Positions 55,216-63,938 of a DNA stretch of 64,000 bases are shown here, one piece after another. Origin of the DNA: Bdellovibrionales bacterium. GTDB lineage: Bacteria; Pseudomonadota; Alphaproteobacteria; Micavibrionales; UBA2020. The translations under genes and the position numbers were made by a program. Position 1 is the stretch's first letter, and every line of letters starts with the position of its first letter. The notes under the pieces are model-generated. The model did no database searches. It was not told the DNA's origin and saw nothing but the letters and a program-made list of their open reading frames with translations. The stretch lies in contig JBBRVE010000001.1 of assembly GCA_038247245.1 (NCBI GenBank), forward strand, positions 2,296-66,295, read 5' to 3'.

Positions 55216-55422
55216 TATGCGCAGATGAAACGGGCATGGTCAACCGATTTCTGTACCGATTAGTAAATAACTTTTGATAGGCTAATGTATATAACAATAA
55301 CAATTACTTACTGCATAGTATTTTCCGGCTGGTCTTACCATACAGTACATAATGCGGATCTGGACAATATAATTGCAAAATGATACTATACTAATAGATA
55401 CATATTTAACGGGAGAATCATC

Positions 55423-56013
55423 ATGTCCGCCGGACGCCCGAGAGAATTCAATTTTGACGCCGCACTCGACCGCGCGCTCCATGTTTTCTGGAGCAAAGGT
55501 TACGAAGGCACATCGCTGCCCGACCTGACCGAAGCCATGGGCATCAACCGCCCCAGCCTTTACGCGACATTCGGCAACAAGGAAGAACTGTTCCGCAAGG
55601 CGCTCGAGCGCTATGCGGCTGAATCTAAAAAACGCCTCGATGAAACGCTCGACCAGCCGACCGCCTATGGCGCGATTGAAAAATTGCTGTATGGCATGGC
55701 CGATGGTTCGGCCTGCCCCAAATCGCCCAAGGGCTGTTTGCTGGTGCAGGGCGCGCTCGCCTGCGGCGAAGACGCGCAGCCGATCAAGGAAGAACTGGTG
55801 CGCCGCCGCCAAGCCGCCGAAACAGCGATGCGTCGTAGATTCGAACGCGGCATCGCAGATGGCGACATCCCGCCCACCACCAGCGCATCCGACCTTGCGC
55901 GTTTTTACGCAACCGTCATGCACGGCATGTCGATCCAGTCGACCGGCGGCGCCAGCCCCGACGACCTGCGGGGCGTCGCGCAATGCGCGTTGATGGCCTT
56001 CCCCAGGAAGTAA
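55423..56013 (+). CDS. TetR/AcrR family transcriptional regulator
   Basis: GRPREFNFDAALDRALHVFWSKGYEGTSLPDLTEAMGINRPSLYATFGNKEELF is the HTH region. Confidence 0.92.
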   Translation: MSAGRPREFNFDAALDRALHVFWSKGYEGTSLPDLTEAMGINRPSLYATFGNKEELFRKALERYAAESKKRLDETLDQPTAYGAIEKLLYGMADGSACPKSPKGCLLVQGALACGEDAQPIKEELVRRRQAAETAMRRRFERGIADGDIPPTTSASDLARFYATVMHGMSIQSTGGASPDDLRGVAQCALMAFPRK

Positions 56014-56026
56014 GCACAGGACGAAT

Positions 56027-56068
56027 TAAAAAACGGGAGGCGTCCTTTGCAGGAGCCTCCCGTTTTCA
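56027..56068. terminator. Bidirectional rho-independent terminator
   Basis: aaaaaacgggaggcgtcctttgcaggagcctcccgtttt, between convergent genes. Confidence 0.75.
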
Positions 56069-56095
56069 TTTCGCGGCAGCAGGTGCCGCTGAAAT

Positions 56096-56422
56096 TTAGT
56101 TTAGTTCGTCGGAGCCGCGGCTGATGCGGGAGCCTGCGTCTTCGTCTTCGAGGTCCAGTTCGTCTTCCTCTTCGAATTCTTTGTCTTCGTCTTCGTCGTC
56201 GGTGGCTTCCAGTTCGTCTTCAGCCTCGTCGCCATCCATATTCAAATCATCATCTTCTTCGTCTTCGCTGTCGTCGGTTGCGAAGCGGCCGGTATCTTCG
56301 GGGTCTTCTTCGGCATCGCGGATGGTGTCGTCCTTGCGGTCGTCACGATCCGACGCCTTTTTCTCTTTGAGGGGCGCGGATTTTGCGGGCTGTGCCGTGC
56401 GGGAGGTTTCATTGTTACGCAT
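56096..56422 (-). CDS. Highly acidic hypothetical protein (Asp/Glu-rich)
   Basis: 108 aa, with a basic N-terminus followed by long D/E runs (DDSEDEEDDDLNMDGDEAEDELEATDDEDEDKEFEEEDELDLEDED). Confidence 0.5.
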   Translation of the reverse strand: MRNNETSRTAQPAKSAPLKEKKASDRDDRKDDTIRDAEEDPEDTGRFATDDSEDEEDDDLNMDGDEAEDELEATDDEDEDKEFEEEDELDLEDEDAGSRISRGSDELN

Positions 56423-56494
56423 GATCTGTTCCTTTTCGAAAAAATATCAGAGTACGATGGGCACTGTTTTCGGGCCGGTCTCCCGCCGAATCAA

Positions 56495-56743
56495 CTATTG
56501 GCAACCGCTTCCGGTTCCCTTGTATCCGTCCCTGAACATCGCTGCGTTTTCCGAAAATTCGTCCATCAATGATTCCAGCGCGTTACGGAAGTTTTCCTGC
56601 GCCAGGTTCTGGTTCGCGATAAGCAGTTGTTTATGGTCTTGCGCCTGCGGATGCGCCCATGCGGCAATATCCGCGCCGTTTGATCCGTAAATCTTGAAAA
56701 AGCGGCCTGCGTTAAAGCCATCGGCATAAATGGTGCTCAGCAT
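56495..56743 (-). CDS. Small hypothetical protein (82 aa)
   Basis: An AGGAGA RBS lies upstream of the ATG at 56743 (MLSTIYADGFNAGRFFKIYG...). The upstream part of the tracked 140-aa ORF is Arg-rich and looks out of frame. Confidence 0.5.
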   Translation of the reverse strand: MLSTIYADGFNAGRFFKIYGSNGADIAAWAHPQAQDHKQLLIANQNLAQENFRNALESLMDEFSENAAMFRDGYKGTGSGCQ

Positions 56744-56901
56744 GGCGGAATCTCCTGCTCGTCGGTTGCAACGGGGGATGCTTCGGCGGTCATGTCCCAG
56801 CCGGGCACATGGCGCGCGCGGGTCTTTGATTTCAGGGTGGCGCGTCCGGCGGGGGTCAGCGGCAGGGGCTGTTCGGGCGTTGAATGGTCTTTGGTATGCA
56901 T
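56737..56901 (-). CDS. Possible 54-aa ORF translationally coupled to the 82-aa ORF
   Basis: A GGAGA RBS precedes MHTKDHSTPEQPLPLTPAGRATLKSKTRARHVPGWDMTAEASPVATDEQEIPPC. Its stop overlaps the next start (ATGCTGA). Confidence 0.3.
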   Translation of the reverse strand: MHTKDHSTPEQPLPLTPAGRATLKSKTRARHVPGWDMTAEASPVATDEQEIPPC

Positions 56902-57012
56902 TGCGTTCTCCGGTCATTTTCAGTCGCGAGCGCGATGTCGTACACCCCGCAAAGCAATGGCGGGTGATTCGGGTTCCCCCGCATGGAGGAGCCCTTTAAA
57001 CGCAGAGATAGA

Positions 57013-58344
57013 TCAGGAGAGGACGGTTTCAACCAGCAGCTTGACGTTCAGCGCGATGATGATGCCGGCAATAACCCAGCAGGTGATTTTCAGCCATGCG
57101 GGAATAACAAGCGCGCCCATTTTTTTCTTGTCGGACACGAATTTCACCAGCGGCACGACCGCAAAGGGCAGCTGCATCGACAGCACAACCTGGCTGAGCA
57201 CCAGCAGCTTGCCGGTTTCACCCTCGCCATACATGCCGATCACGAACAGCACGGGCAGTATCGCAAGCGCGCGGGTGGCAAGGCGGCGGATCCACGGTTT
57301 CAGTTTGATATGCAGGAAGCCTTCCATCACGATCTGCCCCGCCAGTGTCGCGGTGACCGTGGAATTGAGGCCGGATGCCAGCAGCGCAACCGCGAATAGT
57401 GTGGATGCCATCGCAACGCCCAGCGCAGGGGATAGCAATTCATAGGCCTGTTCGATGCTGGCAACTTCGCCCTTGCCGTAGAACACGCTGGCGGCGACGA
57501 TCAGGATGCCGGCATTCACGAACAGGGCGAGCATCAGTGCCAGGGTGCTGTCGATGGTCGCCCATTTCAGCGCGTCTTTGCGGCCTTCATCCGTACGGTC
57601 GAAATTGCGGGTCTGCACCAGCGACGAATGCAGGTAAAGGTTATGCGGCATGACGGTCGCGCCGATGATGCCGATTGCGATATAGAGCATCGCGGGGTTG
57701 GTCACGATTTCCGCCGTTGGCTGGAAAAACCCGCCCAGGACGGCGGCAATCGCCGGCTGCGCCAGCGCGATTTCGATGATGAAGCAGGTGAAGATAACGC
57801 AGAGCAGCGAGATAACAAACGCCTCCAGCCAGCGGAAGCCTTTTTGCATCAGCATCAGCAACAAGAACACATCGAGCGCCGTGATGATCGCGCCCATCAT
57901 CAGCGGAATACCGAAAAGAAGTTTGAGGGCAATCGCGGTGCCGATCACTTCGGCAAGGTCGCAAGCAATAATCGCGAGTTCGCACAGAAACCACAGCATC
58001 ATCGACACAGGTTTCGAATAATAATCGCGGCAGGCCTGCGCAAGGTCACGCCCCGTCGCAATGCCAAGGCGTGCGCAGAGCGATTGCAAAATGATCGCCA
58101 TGATGTTCGACAGCATCACAACCGACAGCAGCGTATAGCCGAATTGCGACCCGCCCTGCAAAGACGTCGCCCAGTTACCGGGGTCCATGTAGCCGACCGA
58201 TACCAGGTATCCGGGGCCGGAGAAAGCAAGGAAGCTGCGCAGCCACGATTTTCCGCGCGGCACAGCCACGCTGCCATGCGCCGCGCCAAGGCTCGGCTCG
58301 GCGGGCTGGGCAACGGGTGGTGGCGGCGGGGTGGTCATGGTCAT
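57013..58344 (-). CDS. mntH: NRAMP-family Mn2+/Fe2+:H+ symporter
   Basis: [33 protein letters not shown]...N.....LQ.L.ARLGI.TG.DLA......, and ...[13 protein letters not shown]. Confidence 0.95.
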   Translation of the reverse strand: MTMTTPPPPPVAQPAEPSLGAAHGSVAVPRGKSWLRSFLAFSGPGYLVSVGYMDPGNWATSLQGGSQFGYTLLSVVMLSNIMAIILQSLCARLGIATGRDLAQACRDYYSKPVSMMLWFLCELAIIACDLAEVIGTAIALKLLFGIPLMMGAIITALDVFLLLMLMQKGFRWLEAFVISLLCVIFTCFIIEIALAQPAIAAVLGGFFQPTAEIVTNPAMLYIAIGIIGATVMPHNLYLHSSLVQTRNFDRTDEGRKDALKWATIDSTLALMLALFVNAGILIVAASVFYGKGEVASIEQAYELLSPALGVAMASTLFAVALLASGLNSTVTATLAGQIVMEGFLHIKLKPWIRRLATRALAILPVLFVIGMYGEGETGKLLVLSQVVLSMQLPFAVVPLVKFVSDKKKMGALVIPAWLKITCWVIAGIIIALNVKLLVETVLS

Positions 58345-58491
58345 CTTCTTATAAACGGCAAAATATGCGGATCGGCGCAAAACGCGCCTTTATGATGTTT
58401 TACAGATATTTAGGGCGCGCGCCAATGACTATCAGGCCATTCCGCAGGGCGCGGATGGCCTTCCGTTGTGAATCAAGTGCTTAAAAGCAGC

Positions 58492-59145
58492 CTATTTTGC
58501 GGGTTTTGCGGCTGGCGGAGCCTTCACGGCAAGGCTGTAGGCCACGACCTGCGTTTGGCCGGTCACAACCGGCAGCAGCATGTCGCCCAGTGACTTGGCG
58601 CGTTTTTCACCGGGTTCTGTCACAAGGCCGACTGCCTGAAAGAAGTTTTCGACCAGCCCCTTCACTTCGGCGGGTTTCAGCAGCCCCTGTTCCCCGCGCA
58701 GCGTTGCGCCGGATTTCAGGAAATCATTGACCGTTTTCACAGCGGCGGGATCGGTGGCATCCACATACACCGTATTCGCGCCGGCCAAACCTTCCGGAAT
58801 GGCGGCGGGGCCCAGGATCAGCGTTTTGCCCTCCACTTTATCCTCGATCACTGGCATGAAAACTTTTTTGCCTTTATGCGCGGCCTCGACAACCGTCAGG
58901 CTGAAGCCGGAAGCGTGCTGGCGCGTCAGCAGCTGCATCGCGGTGCGTAGTTCGGGTGACAGTTTCACATCGGGCGCGATCTGGTTCGGCAGGTCGCGCA
59001 GGAACATCGACACACGTTGCGGCCCGCGCAGGCCGGATACGACCGTCTTGAAATCGGCCAGCACCGGATTGTCTTTCGGTGCGACGTCATAGACCGCCAC
59101 AGCCTTAAAGGATTCGGAGAGAGATTTTTTGGGTGTGCCCGTCAT
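58492..59145 (-). CDS. Hypothetical protein
   Basis: 217-aa ORF with normal-looking composition. No family recognised. Confidence 0.5.
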   Translation of the reverse strand: MTGTPKKSLSESFKAVAVYDVAPKDNPVLADFKTVVSGLRGPQRVSMFLRDLPNQIAPDVKLSPELRTAMQLLTRQHASGFSLTVVEAAHKGKKVFMPVIEDKVEGKTLILGPAAIPEGLAGANTVYVDATDPAAVKTVNDFLKSGATLRGEQGLLKPAEVKGLVENFFQAVGLVTEPGEKRAKSLGDMLLPVVTGQTQVVAYSLAVKAPPAAKPAK

Positions 59146-59327
59146 TTCCCGTTCCCTGTATATATTGCCGCGCGAATCTGCGGCATGCCCTGTATTACAG
59201 CCATATTAGGGAAACGGGGTTAACGGAGTATTAACAAGCCTCCGCTAGGCTGGAAGTATAGGCGTGAACCAAGAGCCGCCGCGGCTGTTGGACTGTCGTG
59301 CCGCTTCCGGCCATTCACGGGAAATCC

Positions 59328-60245
59328 ATGCGCTTCATAGTTATCCTACTGTTCAGTCTGATTATTTCACCCCCGTCCGCGCGGGCGGATGAAATATCGC
59401 CGCGCGGCGATGTGGCGGGCAAGCTGCAAACCTATTCGATTCAGGACGACGAAGACCTGCTGGCAATCGCCCACCATTTCGATATCGGCATGAATGAAAT
59501 CCGCTATGCCAATCCGGGCGTGAACCCGTGGAAGCCCAAGAAAGACCGCGCCATCCTGATCCCGTCATTATATGTGCTGCCATCGGTGCGCACGGGCATC
59601 GTCATCAACCTGCCGGAACTGCGTCTGTATTATTTCGCGCCCGGCGGCAAAACCTATACCTTCCCCGTTGCGATAGGTCGCGAAGGCTGGGTCACGCCCG
59701 TCACGAAAACGAAAATCGTGAAAAAGCGCAAAGACCCGATCTGGATCCCGACCGATTCAATCCGCGCCGAAGACCCGACCCTGCCCGATTTCGTGCCCGC
59801 CGGACCCAAAAACCCGCTGGGAAAATACGCGCTGAACCTTGGCATACCTGGCTTTGCGCTGCATGGCACGCTGGTGCCGCGCAGTATCGGCACGCGGGCC
59901 AGCCACGGATGCCTGCGCATGTTCCCCAAGGATATCGAGGCGCTGTTTAATCTGGTCGAGGTCGGCACGCCCGTCGCCATCATCGACGAGCCGTATAAAC
60001 TGGGCTGGCGCGGGCGCGAGCTGTTTGTTGAAATGCCGCCCGGCAAGAAAAACGCGGCGGAGCGCAAGGCCGCCATTGCCGCCATCACGCGCGCGATTGC
60101 CAAATTTACGGCGGGGCAGGCAACCATCGATACCGAGGCGCTGGCGCAGGCGGTTGTGGCATCCGATGGCATTCCGGTTGTGGTCGGCAAGCGCGGCTTT
60201 GGCAGCAGCGTTGCGTCGTCTGTCCGTACAATGTTTCAGGAATAA
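59328..60245 (+). CDS. L,D-transpeptidase (YkuD family) with a LysM-like segment
   Basis: Signal peptide MRFIVILLFSLIISPPSARA. Then YSIQDDEDLLAIAHHFDIGMNEIRYANP, LRLYYF..., and LHGTLVPRSIGTRASHGCLRMFPKDIEALF. It is a paralogue of 10766-11977. Confidence 0.9.
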   Translation: MRFIVILLFSLIISPPSARADEISPRGDVAGKLQTYSIQDDEDLLAIAHHFDIGMNEIRYANPGVNPWKPKKDRAILIPSLYVLPSVRTGIVINLPELRLYYFAPGGKTYTFPVAIGREGWVTPVTKTKIVKKRKDPIWIPTDSIRAEDPTLPDFVPAGPKNPLGKYALNLGIPGFALHGTLVPRSIGTRASHGCLRMFPKDIEALFNLVEVGTPVAIIDEPYKLGWRGRELFVEMPPGKKNAAERKAAIAAITRAIAKFTAGQATIDTEALAQAVVASDGIPVVVGKRGFGSSVASSVRTMFQE

Positions 60246-60671
60246 TTACGCGGCGGCGGCGGCATCCATGCCAATCGCGTGCAGCCAGTCGGCTGTCGGC
60301 ACAATCAATTTACGCGCCGCCAGATCCATCAGCCCCATCGTCAGGCTCGCTTCAAAACACAGCTGGTTCGTTTCGTTATAGATATTCTGCTCCATCACGG
60401 CGATTTTCTTCACATACGAAACCGTCTGCGTTTCGATGCGGATTTTCTGGCGCAGGGTCAGTTCGCGCGTGAAGCGGACGGTAAAGCCCAGAATCACCGG
60501 CCCGATTTTTTTCGCCTTGATGCTTGGAATGTCATAGCCGCGGTTGGCGATGATATCCCAGCGCGCTTCTTCGAGGATTTCAAGATAGGTCGCGTTGTTC
60601 ACATGCCCGAATGTGTCAAGATGACGCTCCAGCACAGTGAGCGGATACGTGAATTTTTGAGATGGTGTCAT
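60246..60671 (-). CDS. Acyl-CoA thioesterase (4HBT/hotdog fold, YbgC-like)
   Basis: YPLTVLERHLDTFGHVNNATYLEILEEARWD.... The start is trimmed to M37 of the tracked ORF. Confidence 0.8.
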   Translation of the reverse strand: MTPSQKFTYPLTVLERHLDTFGHVNNATYLEILEEARWDIIANRGYDIPSIKAKKIGPVILGFTVRFTRELTLRQKIRIETQTVSYVKKIAVMEQNIYNETNQLCFEASLTMGLMDLAARKLIVPTADWLHAIGMDAAAAA

Positions 60672-60735
60672 GCCCTGCGCCCCTTCGCGATAACGGGGCA
60701 TTCTAGCAACAAAGCCGTCGTCGCCGCAACGGGGG

Positions 60736-60933
60736 CTAATCCGGGTCCCCTGCCCGCTCCAGCAACCCGCGCCCTGCATCGGTCAGCACGAACTGCCCCG
60801 CGCCAAACCGCAGCGCAAGGTTTTTGGCCACCAGCAAATCGGCATGCAGCACGTTCAGGAACGCCGCATGTCCGTCGCTGATCCGGCCCAACGCCCTGAG
60901 GGCGCGCCATTCATTTTCATCCAGTTCATTCAT
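60736..60933 (-). CDS. Small hypothetical protein (65 aa)
   Basis: MNELDENEWRALRALGRISDG.... No clear RBS and no family recognised. Confidence 0.35.
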   Translation of the reverse strand: MNELDENEWRALRALGRISDGHAAFLNVLHADLLVAKNLALRFGAGQFVLTDAGRGLLERAGDPD

Positions 60934-61122
60934 GCTTTTTAAAAAGTTAAGTGGTGATCCGCCAGCCGGGCAAGCAGACTTTAAAAAAAAGTAAGCGACA
61001 TCTAAAAGAAGCCGCCCGCGGATCACCAGTCTTTAAATTAAGTCACGACCAGCTCTCGCGCACCCTAAAACAACAGATATTTTATTACAATTACCCGCAT
61101 GTCACAAAATGTTACAGAAATG

Positions 61123-62511
61123 TTACAAACGAACGGCGGATGGTGGAATAACGGCATAATCCACCGCACGCCGCAACATCGCGGGGGTTACGTAATGGCG
61201 GTGGGTGTAGTCGATGGCGGCCATGTACAGGCGGCCGAAGGCGTTCTTGCAATGCACGCGCGTGCCCAGCATCACCTGTGCCGCGCCGTCCTGCATATCG
61301 ACGCTGACGCAGGAACGGAAGGTCAGGTGCTTGTCATCCGCGCCCAAGATAACCTCGGCGCGGGTGTCGTTCGCGCTCACCAACTGGTCGATCACGGGGT
61401 ACTGCCCCATGAACAGGTTATCGTTGCGCGGCGACAGCAGCGATGAAACGGGGCAGCCTAATGGTGACGTGCGCAAGCCCAGCGGCTTCACCAGCATATT
61501 GCGGAACGCCATCAGGCTGGCGACGCCCTGCGGCGCGTTCAGCAAAAAACCGTCCAGCACGGCGGCCAGCAATTTCGACGCCGGCATGTTTTTCGGCGCA
61601 TCGGCGATCGTAATCCGGAACGTATCATCGTGATGGATTTTGACGTCGTTCAGATGGCGGCGCAGCAGCGATGTTTCGGGCGCGGCGGGCAGTTCGTCAA
61701 CCGCGCGCAAGGCATCGGATTTATACCCCGATGCGTCATGCCAAGCACCCCATGCGCCGCGCAAAATCCCCGCGCTGCCGCGCACGGTGTTGCAGACGAT
61801 GCGGTGGAATGTGCCTTCGGGCGCGTCGAGCGACAAAGTGGTGGTCACAACCGATGCCGCATCGAAATCGCGCGCGCTTAACAACGACGCGACGCTGTCC
61901 GGCAATAATTCGGTGAGCGACGGGATGCTGGCATCACCTGCCAGCACCTGCTGTTTCAATTCAGGAGACAGGTTGCCGCCCAGTTCATTGGTATGGCAGG
62001 ACAGCGCGAAGAACACCGGATGCAGCGCGTTTTTCGACAGCGGCGAAAACTGGTGCCATGTTTCCCCGCCGAAGCGCACGGTGAACATGCAATCGGGCGG
62101 GATGTTGACGAAGCGCAAAGACCGCAGGAAACTGCGCGGATCGGTCGCCTGCTGCGCATCGCTCGCCGAGGAAAAGCGCAGCTGCGCCCCGCCGCTGCCC
62201 GATATCGCTGTAAAAATGCGATGCCCCGCATGGCGGTGGAACGGATGCCCCCGGGGCCCGACCGCAAAGGAATAAAGCGCCGTCGCATCCCCCTTCGCAA
62301 AATCCGTCGCACCGAGTTTCGCGGAGGGTTCATCCAGCTCGTCAATAAACGCCCCATGCTGCAGCTGCCGCGAGACAACCGACGCGAACAAATGGTTCCC
62401 CGCCCCATGCCCCAACTGCGCAATCAACGACACCTCCACCGCCACCCCACCCGTTTCAGACGGAATGCGGAGCGAGGGGAAGGTGGTGATGACTTGGGTT
62501 TGGTGGTGCAT
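61123..62511 (-). CDS. Hypothetical two-domain protein (cupin-like N-terminus plus a DUF2867-like C-terminus)
   Basis: The N-terminal GPRGHPFHRHAGHRIFTAISG...ETWHQF has cupin-style His ligands. The C-terminal ...FRSCVSV......LGTRVHCKNAFGRLYMAAIDYTHRHYVTPAMLRRAV is DUF2867-like, recalled from memory. Confidence 0.55.
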   Translation of the reverse strand: MHHQTQVITTFPSLRIPSETGGVAVEVSLIAQLGHGAGNHLFASVVSRQLQHGAFIDELDEPSAKLGATDFAKGDATALYSFAVGPRGHPFHRHAGHRIFTAISGSGGAQLRFSSASDAQQATDPRSFLRSLRFVNIPPDCMFTVRFGGETWHQFSPLSKNALHPVFFALSCHTNELGGNLSPELKQQVLAGDASIPSLTELLPDSVASLLSARDFDAASVVTTTLSLDAPEGTFHRIVCNTVRGSAGILRGAWGAWHDASGYKSDALRAVDELPAAPETSLLRRHLNDVKIHHDDTFRITIADAPKNMPASKLLAAVLDGFLLNAPQGVASLMAFRNMLVKPLGLRTSPLGCPVSSLLSPRNDNLFMGQYPVIDQLVSANDTRAEVILGADDKHLTFRSCVSVDMQDGAAQVMLGTRVHCKNAFGRLYMAAIDYTHRHYVTPAMLRRAVDYAVIPPSAVRL

Positions 62512-62566
62512 AGGATATTCTTAGTTTTAATGTAAAAATGAGCAAGGAGAAAATATTAGCTTAAAT

Positions 62567-63316
62567 TCACATACGCTGGAGTTCGAATACTTCGCCTCCT
62601 CCCCCTGCTTGGTGTGAGAATAATAACACCTTTTCAAAATCAAAGCTGAACTTCCAGTTTAGTAAATCTTCTGGTCGGACATTAACTTCTCCCGGCCCCA
62701 TAAATTGATCATTAATGATTAACAGCCATACACGATCAGATTTTTTCTGATATTCACGAATATGATTGTTCTTTTTCGAAATGGTTTCGCGGATCATTTT
62801 CTCCGACGCAACTATTGTGCTGAAAGCTCTTATGCATTGCCAACGACCTTCAGGCTCAATTCTTTCTTCAGCAGGATAAACGCCAATGTGAGTGTATGGC
62901 TTGGGAAGCATACCCATATTTGAAATATCATTTTTTGTAACGAATTCTAGAAGGTCTTTACTCAAGGACTTACGTTTAAAAATATCTACTTCCAAAGAAA
63001 AGGTTACAACGACATCCAAGGGCTTCGAGGGAAAAATCTTATTATAAGATGCTTTAGCGTCGTCGACAGCGCCAGTTAATTTTCCAGCTAAGGCCCTAGG
63101 CTCCTCAACGGATAATTCCGTCAACTCAATTCCAATACTTCCCTGACTAGTCTTTATTACAATATCCGGTCTCTCTAAGTACAACACTTCCCCATCGGGA
63201 AGTATCGAAGAAATACTTTGCGCTTTTTCGAAATAATAACTTTCGATTTCTTTTTTCTTGAAAGTTTTCTTTTCATGCCAATGCAAAAAATGTTTTTTTA
63301 CAACGAGACGTGTCAT
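62567..63316 (-). CDS. Hypothetical protein in an AT-rich islet (possible nuclease-like fold)
   Basis: 249 aa and Lys/Ile/Phe-rich. The DNA is markedly AT-richer than its surroundings. The ERPDIVIKTSQGSIGIELTEL segment is loosely PD-(D/E)xK-like. Confidence 0.55.
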   Translation of the reverse strand: MTRLVVKKHFLHWHEKKTFKKKEIESYYFEKAQSISSILPDGEVLYLERPDIVIKTSQGSIGIELTELSVEEPRALAGKLTGAVDDAKASYNKIFPSKPLDVVVTFSLEVDIFKRKSLSKDLLEFVTKNDISNMGMLPKPYTHIGVYPAEERIEPEGRWQCIRAFSTIVASEKMIRETISKKNNHIREYQKKSDRVWLLIINDQFMGPGEVNVRPEDLLNWKFSFDFEKVLLFSHQAGGGGEVFELQRM

Positions 63317-63342
63317 TGAAAATAATTTAAGGAATCAAGCCT

Positions 63343-63549
63343 TCACCCCAACAACTTAATCTCCACCGCCGACGTCTTCCCGTCCTGCGTCTGCAACTCG
63401 TAACTCACGCGCTGGCCGGGGGTGATGGTGTCGATGCCGCCTGCACGAAGTGCAGAAACGTGGACGTAGACGTTGTCGCCGCCGTCTTGCGGGCGCAGGA
63501 AGCCGTAGCCTTTGTCTTCCTTGAACGAGATGATGCTGCCGGTGGGCAT
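63343..63549 (-). CDS. Cold-shock domain protein (CspA family)
   Basis: GSIISFKEDKGYGFLRPQDGGDNVYVHVSAL contains the RNP1/RNP2 motifs. Confidence 0.93.
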   Translation of the reverse strand: MPTGSIISFKEDKGYGFLRPQDGGDNVYVHVSALRAGGIDTITPGQRVSYELQTQDGKTSAVEIKLLG

Positions 63550-63600
63550 GGGTGTTGTTCCTTTTCAAAAAAAATTCGCGCTTGCCACGCGATGCCATTA

Positions 63601-63630
63601 AAAAAGCCCCCGTCGCGCGGGGGCTTTTTT
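63601..63630. terminator. Rho-independent terminator (bidirectional geometry) downstream of tRNA-Ser
   Basis: aaaaagcccccgtcgcgcgggggctttttt. Confidence 0.85.
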
Positions 63631-63632
63631 AA

Positions 63633-63724
63633 TGGCGGAGACGAGAGGATTCGAACCTCCGATAGGTTGTAACACCTATAACGGTTTAGCAAACCGCCGC
63701 CTTCAGCCGCTCGGCCACGTCTCC
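63633..63724 (-). tRNA. tRNA-Ser (anticodon GCU), with a long variable arm and encoded CCA
   Basis: Minus strand: GGAGACG-TG-GCC..GGC-G-GCGGT-TTGCTAA-ACCGT-long variable arm-GGAGG-TTCGAAT-CCTCT-CGTCTCC-G-CCA. The cloverleaf was folded by hand. Confidence 0.9.
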
Positions 63725-63839
63725 GCAATTGGAAGGCAAGTGGTGGCATCATATATGGATGCGGGGAAGAATCCAAGATTCTTCGACAATTCGGGTTAAA
63801 TGTTTGTTTTCAGGGGTTAAGCGTCACTTTCACGCGTCA

Positions 63840-63938
63840 CCCCCGCCTTGCGCGGGGGTCCAGAAGGCAGTCCTGCCGTCATGACTCAAGTCACGAGACG
63901 CGCTGACACGCTACTGGATGCCCGCGCAAGGCGGGCAT
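63840..63938. repeat. Pair of inverted REP-like palindromes sharing a 15-nt core
   Basis: 63840-63858 is cccccgc-cttgc-gcggggg. 63918-63938 is atgcccgc-gcaag-gcgggcat. The cores cccgccttgcgcggg and cccgcgcaaggcggg are exact reverse complements, and both relate to 381-413. Confidence 0.65.

Noticed and set aside
58345-58491. Possible Mur/MntR operator or Mn riboswitch upstream of mntH.
   Set aside because: I could not find a convincing palindrome or the yybP-ykoY-type four-way junction signature by eye. A motif scan is needed before any call.
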